Shown: positions 62,935 through 64,000 of the stretch, in pieces
Numbering within the stretch: the first letter of the stretch is position 1
Layout: each line of letters opens with the position of its first letter
Assembly: GCF_000143415.4 (NCBI RefSeq)
Contig: NW_003314342.1
Coordinates: 654,852-718,851 of the forward strand
Origin: Selaginella moellendorffii
Lineage: Eukaryota > Plantae > Lycopodiophyta
Direction: 5' to 3'
Length of the DNA: 64,000 nucleotides
The notes under the pieces: generated by a model
Seen by the model: only the letters and a program-made list of their open reading frames with translations
Databases searched by the model: none
What the model was told of the DNA's origin: nothing
Position numbers and translations under genes: made by a program

Positions 62935-64000
62935 TCAGCTACTGTTCATCATAGTTGGAGCAGAGGGAAAAATGTCACCGTATTTCGTGATGAACCAGCT
63001 GATTCTGGACCTAGGTCTCTGATCAAAGAGCCAAATACCAACTGCAAATTTGCATGTGAAGAGGTGTTCAAGCATCTCCATGGGGTTTTCATTGCATAGA
63101 ATACACAGAGTTTTGTGAACTGTGAGCCAATCACCTACAGGGATGCTGTCCTGCACAAGAAGCCAGCTTACCTTAGCTTCCACCAGTGTCTTCCACATGT
63201 TCACAATGTACTTCCGATTCTTCAACTTTCGCATAAGCTTGGTGTCAATTTTACCCATCAAAAGCTCTCTGCCATGCTTAGACCTGTACATAAAAAAAGA
63301 CACACTGAACTCATTACCTTCCCAGGATAACTGAGCCGGATCCTATATATAGGTCAAACTAGTGTATTGCAGAGCATTCTCCCAGTTGAACCTTAGGATC
63401 CAGTTCAGTGTATTTCCCTCTCTGATGTATCGTCCTGATCCTTTTACCGAAGGCCATCCTGGGAACTGGGACCTCCTCGGGAACTATACATGGAAACAGT
63501 GCACCACTGTTATGGGGATAAAAAACAATGCCTTGAGGTGATGGGGTTGTTTCCATAACAAAGATGATTTGAGTCTCAGCACCATCAAGCATTATCCAAT
63601 CACGAACCTCGATAACTTCAGTTTGTAAAGCAAGATGAAGGCGATCACAAGCGATGCTGCCTTAAGCTTTGATGTGGAGTTTTCATCCTGGGTTGCAATG
63701 GGTTGTCATGAGGCCATGTTTGCTCCAAGCGGACGTTAAAAAAATACCTGACTTTACCTTTTTCATTGTATCATACCTTGTCCACTGCTGAGGAAGAAAA
63801 ACAAGATCCCAACAAGAACTTTGCTGTAAGTGATGGCTTGCTAGCTCTTTGTAGATCCAATAAGTCTTTGATCGAAGCTCCCACATTCCTATGCCACCTA
63901 GGCCAAAGACCCCTCCCAAAGCCTGGAGCTGAACAGTCACCTATATACTGTTGATTACTGTTCTTATGCGCTACGTTGAAGAACAAGCGATCAGCTAAAT
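62935..64000 (-). mobile_element. L1-clade LINE ORF2 3' region (zf-RVT), decayed
   Basis: KVSWLLVQDSIPVG..CILCNENPMEMLEHLFTCKFAVGIW; upstream FGLGGIG motif. Confidence 0.75.

Overview
Eukaryotic land-plant DNA, most likely a lycophyte such as Selaginella. This is inferred from the ~50-75 nt GT-AG introns, the many PLS-class PPR genes and the TE content, and is not proven. The first 27 kb is a mosaic of genes and gene fragments: an NYN-domain gene, PPR and PPR-DYW genes and relics, a PIF/Harbinger transposase, an RRP5 fragment, an intact GH29 alpha-L-fucosidase and a PPR::SEC16 chimera. It also holds a cluster of heavily decayed 5S-bearing Cassandra-type TRIMs at 3.5-5.9 kb. From 27.3 kb to the end the window is a nested retrotransposon block. 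Three decayed Ty3/gypsy elements and an L1 LINE tail are present; two of the gypsy elements host (i) a young Cassandra TRIM with apparently identical LTRs and (ii) three copies of a non-coding LTR element, here called family B (LARD-like). Family B has 1.6-1.75 kb LTRs with variable 11/12-mer and 6-mer arrays. Its ~4.0-4.1 kb internal domain has no gag/pol and reads as an almost continuous chain of RNA hairpins kept in all three copies, including two tandem tRNA T-arm mimics. Family B and Cassandra share PBS type, LTR end and a pre-PPT hairpin, which suggests two structured-RNA parasites of one helper retrotransposon. All alignments and folds were done by eye.
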